Shown: piece after piece, positions 1-8,143 of the stretch
Layout of the letters: each line of letters opens with the position of its first letter
Position numbering within the stretch: the first letter of the stretch is position 1
Source of the DNA: Gemmatimonadaceae bacterium
GTDB lineage: Bacteria; Gemmatimonadota; Gemmatimonadetes; Gemmatimonadales; Gemmatimonadaceae
Assembly: GCA_044224875.1 (NCBI GenBank)
Contig: JBGAJQ010000099.1
Location: forward strand, 1 to 11,945
Direction: 5' to 3'
DNA: 11,945 bases
The notes under the pieces: generated by a model
The model's database searches: none
What the model saw: the letters and a program-made list of their open reading frames with translations, nothing else
What the model was told of the DNA's origin: nothing
Made by a program: the position numbers and the translations under genes

Positions 1-402
1 GGATGAGTCCACGCGAAGGACCACAAACCCTGTATCAAATGACGGCGCGTCCTTCAGGAGCACGCCCAACCGACTCGGCTCCACCACCGTGCGACCGGAG
101 CGCGAGAGCGAATATGTCGGTTCACCCCTTTCACTCAGCTGAACGGTCAAGTTTAGGGTGCCAGACGGCGAGGAGATCGTCTGTCCGGCGGCCTGGTATG
201 AAGCGGCAAGCGTCGCGAAGATGAGCGCGCACGTGATTCGAGTGTGCATTCGGCGGAATGTGGTGGACAGGGCAAAAGCGCGGGCGGGGGCCGGGACGCC
301 AGCGGAGCACACTGGCTGGCAGAATGCTCGGCACATCAGCGAGGCAAAATTGTGTGGCCGAGTGCTCGGCACGCTAGCGCGTAACGCCCGACAGCTGCGA
401 TC

Positions 403-434
403 TCGAGGAACTATCGACGAGAGCTGCTCCTCGA
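403..434 (-). terminator. Hairpin just downstream of the lipB stop (possible terminator or 3' stabilising stem)
   Basis: The minus strand reads TCGAGGAGC-(14 nt)-GTTCCTCGA, a 9-bp stem with one G-U pair, starting 5 nt after the stop codon. There is no U-tract, so it is not a classical intrinsic terminator. Confidence 0.3.
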
Positions 435-438
435 TGGC

Positions 439-1173
439 TCATTCGACCGCCGCCCGAGAAAGCCAGGCCGGCTCGACCGCCTGCGCAGTGACGCCAAAAA
501 CCTGCGTCGCCGAGTCGACGACCGCGTTGGCAAACTCCTCGACCGACGGCGGCTCCAATGGTGTCGCGACTTCACACCGCATCGAGGTCATGGTCACCCC
601 GGTGATGCCGCAGGGGATCATGAGGTCGAAATAGGTGAGATCGGTGTGCACGTTCAGCGCGAACCCGTGCCAGGTCACCCAATCGCGCGCGTGCACGCCG
701 ATCGACGCGATCTTTCGACGCGGTACGTCCGGCGCATCGGAATGAGCGTCGCCGACCCAAACTCCCGTGTACCCGGCATTTCTCATCCCCTCGACGCCCC
801 ACTGGGACATGGCGCGAATCAGCACCTCTTCCACCTGGCGAAGATACCAGTGCAGGTCCTTACGGTGTGCGGGGGCCTTGAGGTCCACGATGGGGTACCC
901 AACCAGTTGTCCGGGGCCGTGGAACGTGACGTCACCGCCACGTTCGACCTCAAACAGCTCTACGCCCTTGCTGGCCAGCAAGGCGGGCGGTGCCACGAGG
1001 TTTGCCTGCTTGGACGATCGGCCGAGTGTGACTACAGGTGGGTGTTCCAGCAACAGCAGTACATCCCCGTCGATCCGGCCGCCAATCACATCGCTCGCCA
1101 CGCGACGTTGCAGCTCGAGGGCCGCGCCATAGGGCACGCGACCGAGCCTCGCGACATACAGCGGACGACTCAT
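439..1173 (-). CDS. lipB: Lipoyl(octanoyl) transferase LipB
   Basis: The translation has the LipB motifs LLLEHPPVVTLG, RGGDVTFHGPGQLVGYPI, KIASIG, HGFALN and IPCG. ATG at 1173 (MSRPLY...) is preferred over the TTG at 1179. The start lies 17 nt downstream of the lpdA stop. Confidence 0.96.
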   Translation of the reverse strand: MSRPLYVARLGRVPYGAALELQRRVASDVIGGRIDGDVLLLLEHPPVVTLGRSSKQANLVAPPALLASKGVELFEVERGGDVTFHGPGQLVGYPIVDLKAPAHRKDLHWYLRQVEEVLIRAMSQWGVEGMRNAGYTGVWVGDAHSDAPDVPRRKIASIGVHARDWVTWHGFALNVHTDLTYFDLMIPCGITGVTMTSMRCEVATPLEPPSVEEFANAVVDSATQVFGVTAQAVEPAWLSRAAVE

Positions 1174-1190
1174 CGGCAACCGTGCACGCC

Positions 1191-2597
1191 TCAGGCGTGC
1201 AGCATCTTCCCTAACGAGTCGAGGGTCGCCTCGGCCACCGCCTCTGACAGCGTCGGGTGCGCGTGGATGGCCAGGTCGATTTCTTCCACGGTGAATTCAT
1301 TCTCGCGCGCCACCACCAACTCGGCGATGAGCTCGGTGGCGTGCGATCCGACGATGTGGGCGCCGAGGATTTCTCCGTACTTGGCGTCCCTGATGATCTT
1401 GACGAACCCTTCCGTTTCGCCCGATGTACGCGCGCGTCCGTTGGCGGAGAAGGCGAACTTGCCGACCTTGTAGTCGATCTTCTTTTCTTTCGCCTGCGCC
1501 TCCGTGAGTCCGACCGACGCGACTTCCGGATGGCAGTACGTGGCGTTGGGAATGTTGCCGTAGTTGAGCGCGTGCGTATGTTGTCCGCCGAGCCGGTCGG
1601 CGAGGATATGGCCCTCGCGCATACCCTTGTGCGCGAGCATGGGGGCGCCGATGACGTCGCCGATGGCGTAGATCCCCTTGGCGGTCGTCTCGTAGGTGGA
1701 GAGATCCGCCTTGATGAAGCCACGGTCGGTGAGTTGCACGCCGGCTTCCTTGAGGCCGATCTCCTCCACGTTAGGCGCTCGGCCAGCTGCAACTAAGACT
1801 TTGTCCACCTCCATCTCCTGCTTGGCGCCCTGCGATTCCACCGTGAGCTTCACCGATTCCTTGCCGACCTTCGCCGACACGATCTTGGCGCCGGTGATGA
1901 CGTCGATCTTTCGCTTCTTGAACGATCGAGCGACTTCGGCGGAGCTGTCGGCGTCCTCGAGCGGGAGAATGGCCGGCAACACCTCGATCAGTGTCACCTT
2001 GGCGCCGAAGGCGTTGAACACGTCCGCAAACTCGCAACCCACGGCGCCAGCGCCGACGATCGCGATCGAGCCGAGGTTCTTCTCCTGAATCAGTGCCTCG
2101 TCCGACGAGATCACCGTCGTCTTGTTCAGCTCCAGTCCCACTTGCGGAAGGCCGCGAACGCGTGAGCCCGTGGCGAGGACAATGGCCTTCTTGGCGTCGT
2201 GCTTCTCGTCCTTTCCGTCGGCCGTCTTCACGGTGACTGACTTGGTGCCAGCGAGCTTCGCCGAGCCCTTGATCCACGTGACCTTGTACTTCTTGAAGAG
2301 GAACTCGACCCCCTTGGAGTTCTGCAGGCTGACGGCGCGCGACCGCTTCATGGCAACCCCGTAGTCGTACTTCACCTCGCCCACCGAGACGCCGAAGTCC
2401 GCGGCGTGCTTGACACGATTTGCCAGCGAGGCGGCTTCCAGCAGCGCCTTGGCCGGAATGCACCCCCACAGGACGCAGGTGCCGCCCAGCCCTTCGCGCT
2501 CGACGACAGCGGTGGAGAGACCCAGTTGGGCGCACCGAATGGCGCCGACGTAACCAGCAGGACCACCGCCAATGAAGATGACGTCGTACGAGGCCAT
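1191..2597 (-). CDS. lpdA: Dihydrolipoyl dehydrogenase (E3)
   Basis: FAD-binding YDVIFIGGGPAGY, redox disulfide GGTCVLWGCIP, NAD-binding GAGAVGCEFA, and C-terminal HAHPTLSE. ATG at 2597 (MASYDV, 468 aa) is the likely start. The ORF-track extension to 2801 has no family features. Confidence 0.97.
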   Translation of the reverse strand: MASYDVIFIGGGPAGYVGAIRCAQLGLSTAVVEREGLGGTCVLWGCIPAKALLEAASLANRVKHAADFGVSVGEVKYDYGVAMKRSRAVSLQNSKGVEFLFKKYKVTWIKGSAKLAGTKSVTVKTADGKDEKHDAKKAIVLATGSRVRGLPQVGLELNKTTVISSDEALIQEKNLGSIAIVGAGAVGCEFADVFNAFGAKVTLIEVLPAILPLEDADSSAEVARSFKKRKIDVITGAKIVSAKVGKESVKLTVESQGAKQEMEVDKVLVAAGRAPNVEEIGLKEAGVQLTDRGFIKADLSTYETTAKGIYAIGDVIGAPMLAHKGMREGHILADRLGGQHTHALNYGNIPNATYCHPEVASVGLTEAQAKEKKIDYKVGKFAFSANGRARTSGETEGFVKIIRDAKYGEILGAHIVGSHATELIAELVVARENEFTVEEIDLAIHAHPTLSEAVAEATLDSLGKMLHA

Positions 2598-2641
2598 AAG
2601 ATCTTGTCTTTGAAAGCGTTGGTGTGGATTCCGGGCGCCGA

Positions 2642-2647
2642 AATCTA
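2642..2647 (-). promoter_or_regulatory. Candidate sigma70-type -10 hexamer (TAGATT) for lpdA-lipB
   Basis: TAGATT on the minus strand ~45 nt upstream of the lpdA ATG. The same hexamer occurs upstream of lipA. No clear -35 element. Confidence 0.35.
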
Positions 2648-3026
2648 ATCCGATCAAAGGGAGAATGGGGACTGGAGTCAGGCGACACAAAAGGCGCGGC
2701 ACCGAGGGCAGCTCTGGGTTTCCCGACGCCTGCACCTCACATCGTATCAGGCCGCCGCCCGAGCATTTATCCGTGTCGTTGGCTCGTCGATGGCCTGGCA
2801 TTCCATGCGGCGATGTTCACGAATATCGTCCGTGGTGGGCACTTTCACTGCGGTCGATGATGCGCTGGGCCGCGTGGTGGCGCTGCGCACTCGGACCCCG
2901 GCGAAATCGTTGTTGCAGTGGGTTCATTCCTTGTGCCCGCTCCCCTCATTCGCAGGTCCGCGGCCATGCACCGCCGGCGAGACAAGCAGGAGCGCTTAGG
3001 GCAACGTCACGAACCGGAGAGAGCGG

Positions 3027-3317
3027 ATGTCCCAGACCACGCGGTTGTACATGGTGATCGAGACCTTTCGCGATGGTCGGGCGCGTCCGATCTACGAGCG
3101 ATTCAGGACCCGCGGCCGGCTAGCCCCGGAAGGATTGCGCTACGTCGTCAGTTGGGTCGACGAATCGTTAGGCCGTTGCTGGCAGGTCATGGAGACGGAC
3201 CGGCGCGAGCTATTGGACGAGTGGATGGCGGCGTGGAGCGACCTGACCGATTTCGAGGTCATCCCCGTGCTGAGCTCGGCCGACGCCGCTGCGCGCGTGC
3301 TCGACGGGCCGGATTGA
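3027..3317 (+). CDS. Small DUF3303-like protein (96 aa, function unknown)
   Basis: The pattern LYMVIETF...PIYERF...GRLAPEGLRYVVSWVD....RCWQVMET....LLDEWM..WSDLTDFEVIPV matches the DUF3303 family as I recall it. A GGAGA Shine-Dalgarno at 3017-3021 precedes the ATG. The gene is convergent with the large protease gene. Confidence 0.8.
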   Translation: MSQTTRLYMVIETFRDGRARPIYERFRTRGRLAPEGLRYVVSWVDESLGRCWQVMETDRRELLDEWMAAWSDLTDFEVIPVLSSADAAARVLDGPD

Positions 3318-3329
3318 CCCGCCGGACGC

Positions 3330-6300
3330 TCATCTCGCCGTGACGCGACGGACCTCACTCCGAACCCCGTTCGAAACGACCAGGTCGAGCGTGGACGCGT
3401 CCGTCCGGACCGTGGCACTGCCGCCCCGTGCGAACGTGAGGATCTCTCCGGTCCTGGCATCGCGGACCAGCATGCCCTTCACTTGATCGTTGGTCCACGT
3501 CAGCCGCAACAATCCGCGGCCGAGACGGGTCACGACGGGCAGCTCGCTGGCATCCCGGACGAGTGGACGCCGCAGGGCCTTTGGGTCGCGCGACTCCTGT
3601 CCTCCGCCAGGATTCGACACCCGAAGGCGAGCCAACTCCTGTCCACGAAGCAGGTCTCTCGGAATTACGAAGGCGAAGGTCTCCTCGGCGGTTGGCGAGT
3701 CGGCGACGCGCTCGCCATCGAATGACAGGGAGACCAGCGATTCACCGGCGTCGCCCGTCAGCTCCAGGCGCTGGCGTCCCGTGCGCGTGGGCAATGACGG
3801 TGGGGCGACGACCTCGTACGCCGGCTCCAGGACCACCGAGCCGTTCACGATGCGGCCCCAGACGAGGAGCCCCGGGCGGGCGGCGGCAGAGGCGACAAAC
3901 GGATTCGCCTGCCGATAGGTGAAGATGGCGTTGTAGTTGTAGTCGCTGATCCAGTTGTTGGAGCAGTAGCTCATGACATCCGTTGCCGTCGGCAGCTTCA
4001 ACGTGGACGCCGACACGTCGTACCCATACACGCCGATCTGGGCGTTGGGGTACGGATAGGACGGATCCACCCCGCTGGGGCCTCCACACGGCGCATGCCA
4101 GCGGCCAAAATTGTGTCCGAGTTCATGCGTCAGTACCGTAGCAGCTGACGGGAGGTAGTCCCAACCGATGGCGGCGCGTCCCGGGACGTATCCGAGTCCG
4201 GCCACACCCGACGAGTAGCCGACCTTTACGACCCCGTAGTAGTAGCGTGTGCTGGCATCGGCCGTTCGAAGCGCGTTGATCTCGCTCAGGATCTGCCCCC
4301 AGGCACCGTTGGCGTCGCCGGCGTCGAGCGCCGGTGCGCTGGTGGTATACGCCGCGCGTACGTCCACGTCTACCGTGGACACCGGATAGAGCTTCTGCAG
4401 GAAGGCCAGGAACTGGTCCTTGTTTGCGTTCGAGGCGTTCCCCGTGAACCCGTTGGCACTTTGCGTCACCGGCACCAAGCGGATCTGGAACGTGGAGACC
4501 GCCACGATGTTCATCGATTGCGCCGACCCGGAAACAGGGAAGGCGTTGTCCGATTCGGACGACTCGGCCACCGCGTTGCTCGGATCGACGTCCAAGAGCA
4601 TGCTCACTCCCGGCTGCAACAACGAACCGGAGAGCACGGTATTCCACGAGCTGCCGATGACGGACTGGTCGACGGTCGTTGGGACGGAGGCACCAGGCGC
4701 CGGTATGGTGACTGTGTTAAGTAGCGTGGCGCCGCTGTAGAAGCGCGCCCGCACCGAAGGTGTGGACGTGTTGGCTTGCGTTGCCTTGACGAACACCCGA
4801 AGCAACGCGCTCTTGTTGGCGATCAGTTGCACTGAGCCGCCGTACGACTGCACCGTCTGTGTCACGGTGGCGCCATCGATCAACAGGTTCAGCCCTCCGC
4901 CGCCCGCCGCGTACGTTACGCTGGCGCTGGCCACCGACGAGGCAACGGCGACCGTCTGCGATACGGGCGACGGGTTGTACGTGGTCGCGCCGTTCGTCAC
5001 GGGTGCGGCGGCCACCGTGTAGGATCCGCTGACGAGCCCGGACAGCGTTTGTGATGCGATGAGGTTCTGCGAGAACCCACCCGGCCCCGTCACCGTGACC
5101 GACGCGTTCACGCCACCTGGCAATCCTCCGATCGTGACGGCCAGGCCGCCAGACACCACCACGTAGTTGACCGTGACCGTGACGGCGGTGAGTGAAGCAG
5201 GCACCGCGACTGTCTGCGACGCGGGCGTCGGCCCCAGCGAGGTCACGCCTGAGGACACGGTCGACGCGGTGACCGTGTAGGTCCCCGGAGTAAGGCCAAG
5301 GACCACGCCGGTCCCCGTCATCTGCCGCGAAAAGCTGTTGGGGCCGGTGATGAGCACGTTCGCCGTGGCTCCGCCCGTGAGTCCCGTCACCTGCAACGAT
5401 ATGCCCCCGGAGGCGAGAGCGTAGCTGATCGTGGCCGGAGCCGGGGTGGCGCTCGCCTGGACCGTCACCGATAGCGACGCTGGCGTGGGCGCGTAGATGT
5501 TGCTGCCCGAGGTGGCGTTGGCTGCCGCGATCGTGTAGGAACCCGGCGTCAAGCCGGCGAGGATCTGCGACTGCGTTAGGGTCGCGTGAAAGCCTGCGGG
5601 GCCGGTGACCGACAGACTGCCGGTGACCGACTGAGGGAGCCCGACCATCGCCACCGCCATCGAACCGCTTGCCAGCACGTAGCTCACGGTCGCGGCTACC
5701 GGCGTGACGCCGGCCGCTATCGAGAGCTGCAACGACGTGTTGGATGGTGCGTATCGGTCCACGCCGGCAGTGACGCCTGCGCCAGCGAGCGTGTATGCGC
5801 CAGGTTGCAGGTTGGTCACGATCCCGGCGCCATTGATCGTATGCTGATACCCGTTCGGGCCAGACAGGATGGCGCTGGCCGTTGTCCCTGACGGAAGCCC
5901 CGTCATGACCACCGCCACCGCCCCGGTGCCGACGGCGTACGCCACCGTGGCCTCCACCGGTGTCGCCGACGCAAGCACGGACACGTTCTGCGATGCCACA
6001 TTCGGTGCGTACGTGTGACCCGACGCCGGCGCGTTGGCCGCGCTCACGACATAGTCGCCGGGTGTGAGCGCAGTGAGCGTGCTGCTGGATGCCAGAAGGC
6101 GCGAGAATCCCGCCGGCCCTGTCACCGTCACGGCGGCACTTCCGGCGTCGGGGATCCCTGTAATCGTGACGCGGAGCGTTCCGGTGCGAACACCGTAGGC
6201 GATGGGTACGGTGGTCGGCGTGCGAGCGGCGTTCACCGTCACCGAAATCGGCGAGGACATGGGATCGTACGCCACGTCTCCGTCCATGACACGTTCCGCG

Positions 6301-6572
6301 GCAAGGGAGTATTCACCCGGGGCCACCGCGGTAAGTGTCGCAGCACCGGTCACGCTCTGCGAAAATCCAGACGGACCGGACACCGTAATGACTGGGGCGG
6401 CTGCGGACGGCGCCCCTGAGAGGATGATTTGCAGGCTTCCCGTCGTGGGCGCCGAAGGGCCGTCGCTCTTGCCGCAACTGGCCGCGGAGATGGCGATGAC
6501 CAGCCCTGCGAGCCGTCGAAGCCAGCTAGAATTTCTGTGCTGACCGATGGGAGAAAGGCGGGTGCAGGCCAC
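3330..6572 (-). CDS. Predicted lipoprotein zinc metallopeptidase (metzincin, probably M66-like) with six N-terminal tandem beta-rich repeats
   Basis: 1080-aa ORF with a GTG start and GAGGA upstream. Signal peptide with lipobox-like LAGLVIAISAAS-C33. Six ~86-aa repeats, a CARDB-like VDPSNAVAESSESDN motif (4545-4589), the zinc motif HELGHNFGRWH (4095-4127) and a Met-turn DVMSYC. The family assignment is from recall. Confidence 0.88.
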   Translation of the reverse strand: MACTRLSPIGQHRNSSWLRRLAGLVIAISAASCGKSDGPSAPTTGSLQIILSGAPSAAAPVITVSGPSGFSQSVTGAATLTAVAPGEYSLAAERVMDGDVAYDPMSSPISVTVNAARTPTTVPIAYGVRTGTLRVTITGIPDAGSAAVTVTGPAGFSRLLASSSTLTALTPGDYVVSAANAPASGHTYAPNVASQNVSVLASATPVEATVAYAVGTGAVAVVMTGLPSGTTASAILSGPNGYQHTINGAGIVTNLQPGAYTLAGAGVTAGVDRYAPSNTSLQLSIAAGVTPVAATVSYVLASGSMAVAMVGLPQSVTGSLSVTGPAGFHATLTQSQILAGLTPGSYTIAAANATSGSNIYAPTPASLSVTVQASATPAPATISYALASGGISLQVTGLTGGATANVLITGPNSFSRQMTGTGVVLGLTPGTYTVTASTVSSGVTSLGPTPASQTVAVPASLTAVTVTVNYVVVSGGLAVTIGGLPGGVNASVTVTGPGGFSQNLIASQTLSGLVSGSYTVAAAPVTNGATTYNPSPVSQTVAVASSVASASVTYAAGGGGLNLLIDGATVTQTVQSYGGSVQLIANKSALLRVFVKATQANTSTPSVRARFYSGATLLNTVTIPAPGASVPTTVDQSVIGSSWNTVLSGSLLQPGVSMLLDVDPSNAVAESSESDNAFPVSGSAQSMNIVAVSTFQIRLVPVTQSANGFTGNASNANKDQFLAFLQKLYPVSTVDVDVRAAYTTSAPALDAGDANGAWGQILSEINALRTADASTRYYYGVVKVGYSSGVAGLGYVPGRAAIGWDYLPSAATVLTHELGHNFGRWHAPCGGPSGVDPSYPYPNAQIGVYGYDVSASTLKLPTATDVMSYCSNNWISDYNYNAIFTYRQANPFVASAAARPGLLVWGRIVNGSVVLEPAYEVVAPPSLPTRTGRQRLELTGDAGESLVSLSFDGERVADSPTAEETFAFVIPRDLLRGQELARLRVSNPGGGQESRDPKALRRPLVRDASELPVVTRLGRGLLRLTWTNDQVKGMLVRDARTGEILTFARGGSATVRTDASTLDLVVSNGVRSEVRRVTAR
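4902..6443 (-). repeat. Six tandem intragenic protein repeats (5 x 86 aa + 1 x 84 aa; 258-nt period)
   Basis: Residues 44-557 align almost without gaps. Consensus is approximately (T/S)G.L.V.(I/V).GLP......V.VTGP.GF...L....TL..L.PG.YT(V/I).A..V......Y.P...S..V.V.A...P..ATV.Y. The units are diverged at DNA level. Confidence 0.92.
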
Positions 6573-6612
6573 GAGCGTCCTCGTAATGGAAGAGTCCGTT
6601 CCATGGACGCTC
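6573..6612 (-). promoter_or_regulatory. 5' leader hairpin overlapping the Shine-Dalgarno of the protease gene
   Basis: The minus strand reads GAGCGTCC-ATGGAA-cggactc-TTCCAT-tacga-GGACGCTC-GTG. This gives 8-bp plus 6-bp perfect stems, with the 3' arm ending at the GTG start. Confidence 0.5.
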
Positions 6613-6784
6613 CAAGGTGCTCCCCCGCAACTCGTGTAAGTTGTTCAAACAGTGCTGTTTACGCGCTGTGTGACAACGGCAACAACGCCTCAAGGTGTTG
6701 CGTAGTGGTCGCCACGGTCACGGGACACCTGAACCTGACTCAGGAGCCCGTCTTGGCAGCCAGGTTACCCGGGGGTTACTCGGG

Positions 6785-8143
6785 TTAGTGAACCAGAAGC
6801 AGCGGATTCTCCACCATGCGCCGAAGAGTCTGCAGGAACTTGGCTCCGGTCGCGCCGTCGATCACGCGGTGGTCGCAGCTCATGGTCACGCGCATTCGCT
6901 TGCGAACAGTCACCACGCCGTCAACTACAACGGGCTTCGATTCGATGCCTCCGATCGCCAGGATCCCGGCCTCCGGTGGATTGATGATCGCCGTGAACTG
7001 GTCGATCCCGAACATGCCGAGGTTCGATACGGAGAAGGTCGAGCCGGTGTACTCGTCCGGCTTGAGCTTTCGCTCCCGGGCGCGAGCGGCGAGGTCGCGT
7101 GACTCGCGGCTGATCTCGCTTAAACGCTTGGTGTTGGCGTCGAAAATGACGGGGGTAATGAGCCCATCCTCGATCGCGACGGCCATGCCGATGTGCACGC
7201 GGTTGAAGTAGCGGATCTGGTCGCCCAACCAGTGCGCATTGCATTCCGGGTGTTGGGAAAGGGCGACCGCCACGGCCTTCAGCATGATGTCGTTGAAGGA
7301 GACCTTGTACGCGTCGCCCAGTTCCGCGAGTGCGGCACGCATTTCGGCGATCCGTTCCAGGTCCAATTCAGCCGTCAGGTAGAACGTGGGCACTGGCCCG
7401 ATCGACTCCGCGAGTCGGCGGGCGATGGTCTTGCGGATCTGGGTCAGGGGAACGTCGGTGTAGTCGGCGCCGGTTGCGGCGGGAACGGGTCGCGCGGCCG
7501 CACCGATTGGCGACGTGGAGCGCGGGGCGGTCGCACCCGGGGCCGCGGCAGTCTCCACGTCGCGGCGAATGATGCGTCCGCCGGGTCCGGAGCCCTGGAC
7601 GGCGCCAAGGTCGAGACCGCGCTCGGAAGCGAGGCGACGGGCGAGGGGTGAGGAGCGGGGGCGCCCGGTGGTGGGGGAGGCCTCCGTGCTGGCAGGCGTG
7701 GAAAGGGTCCGGTCGGGAACGGAAGGATGCGGCGTTTGAGCTGCCGGCGCGCTAGATTCTTTACTCGGGGGGGGCCCCCCAGCCGGCGCCGACGGCGCCG
7801 CGGCCCCACTCGGTTGAGCGGGCGCCGGAACCGCGGCCCCCGACCCGCCCGCTGACGGCGCAGCCGTCGCGCCACCCGCCGCGCCAATCAACGCGTCCAC
7901 GTTCTCACCGGCAGCCGCAATCATGCCAACCAGCGACCCCACCGGGGATGTGGCGCCTTCCGGGAGCAAGCGACGCAAGAGGCCGTCGCCCCGCGCCACC
8001 AACTCCATGATCGCCTTGTCCGTCTCGACTTCGGCGAGTGTCTCACCGCTCTTCACCGCGTCGCCGTCGTTCTTGAGCCACTTCACCAGGCGCCCCTCTT
8101 CCATCGTCGGAGAGAGTGCCTCCATGAACACCTTCGTCGCCAT
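6785..8143 (-). CDS. pdhC: Pyruvate dehydrogenase complex dihydrolipoamide acetyltransferase (E2)
   Basis: One lipoyl domain (MEALSPTMEEG...EVETDKAIMEL), an Ala/Pro-rich linker, the peripheral subunit-binding domain (SSPLARRLA...GSGPGGRIIRRDV), and the catalytic domain with TFSVSNLGMFG and SCDHRVIDGA. Confidence 0.96.
   Translation of the reverse strand: MATKVFMEALSPTMEEGRLVKWLKNDGDAVKSGETLAEVETDKAIMELVARGDGLLRRLLPEGATSPVGSLVGMIAAAGENVDALIGAAGGATAAPSAGGSGAAVPAPAQPSGAAAPSAPAGGPPPSKESSAPAAQTPHPSVPDRTLSTPASTEASPTTGRPRSSPLARRLASERGLDLGAVQGSGPGGRIIRRDVETAAAPGATAPRSTSPIGAAARPVPAATGADYTDVPLTQIRKTIARRLAESIGPVPTFYLTAELDLERIAEMRAALAELGDAYKVSFNDIMLKAVAVALSQHPECNAHWLGDQIRYFNRVHIGMAVAIEDGLITPVIFDANTKRLSEISRESRDLAARARERKLKPDEYTGSTFSVSNLGMFGIDQFTAIINPPEAGILAIGGIESKPVVVDGVVTVRKRMRVTMSCDHRVIDGATGAKFLQTLRRMVENPLLLVH

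Noticed and set aside
1..30. GATGAGTCC...GGAC resembles hammerhead ribozyme core plus stem II
   Set aside because: The core needs CUGAUGA and a GAAA after stem II. Here it is GGATGA and GGAC is followed by CAC. The window edge also truncates the context.
3..634. ORFs 3-224, 131-334 and 158-634 in the left flank
   Set aside because: None has family motifs, and 158-634 runs antisense into lipB. They are consistent with chance ORFs in GC-rich DNA.
2624..3057. Plus-strand ORFs 2624-2860, 2665-3057 (with a GGGAG before the ATG) and 2790-2999
   Set aside because: The translations are Arg/Cys/Trp/Pro-rich with no recognisable motif, and 2665-3057 overlaps the better-supported DUF3303-like gene. 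A degraded gene cannot be excluded without BLASTX.
4902..6443. The 258-nt periodicity as a CRISPR array or DGR template/variable repeat
   Set aside because: The repeats are diverged in-frame protein domains. There are no identical short repeats with spacers, no adenine-specific repeat pair, and no cas or reverse transcriptase gene in the window.
6618..6640. CCCCCGCAACT resembles part of a cobalamin riboswitch
   Set aside because: The upstream AGGGAA and GGTG-AA-TCC elements are absent, the following TGT is not matched, and it is antisense to the adjacent genes.
6763..6787. GGTTAC/GGTTA triple repeat and weak hairpin after the pdhC stop as a terminator
   Set aside because: The stem has a mismatch on the transcribed strand and there is no U-tract, so it is too weak to call.
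7767..7780. G8C6 homopolymer run in pdhC as a possible phase-variation tract
   Set aside because: It encodes GGPPP within the Ala/Pro linker, the frame is intact on both sides, and phase variation of E2 is unlikely.
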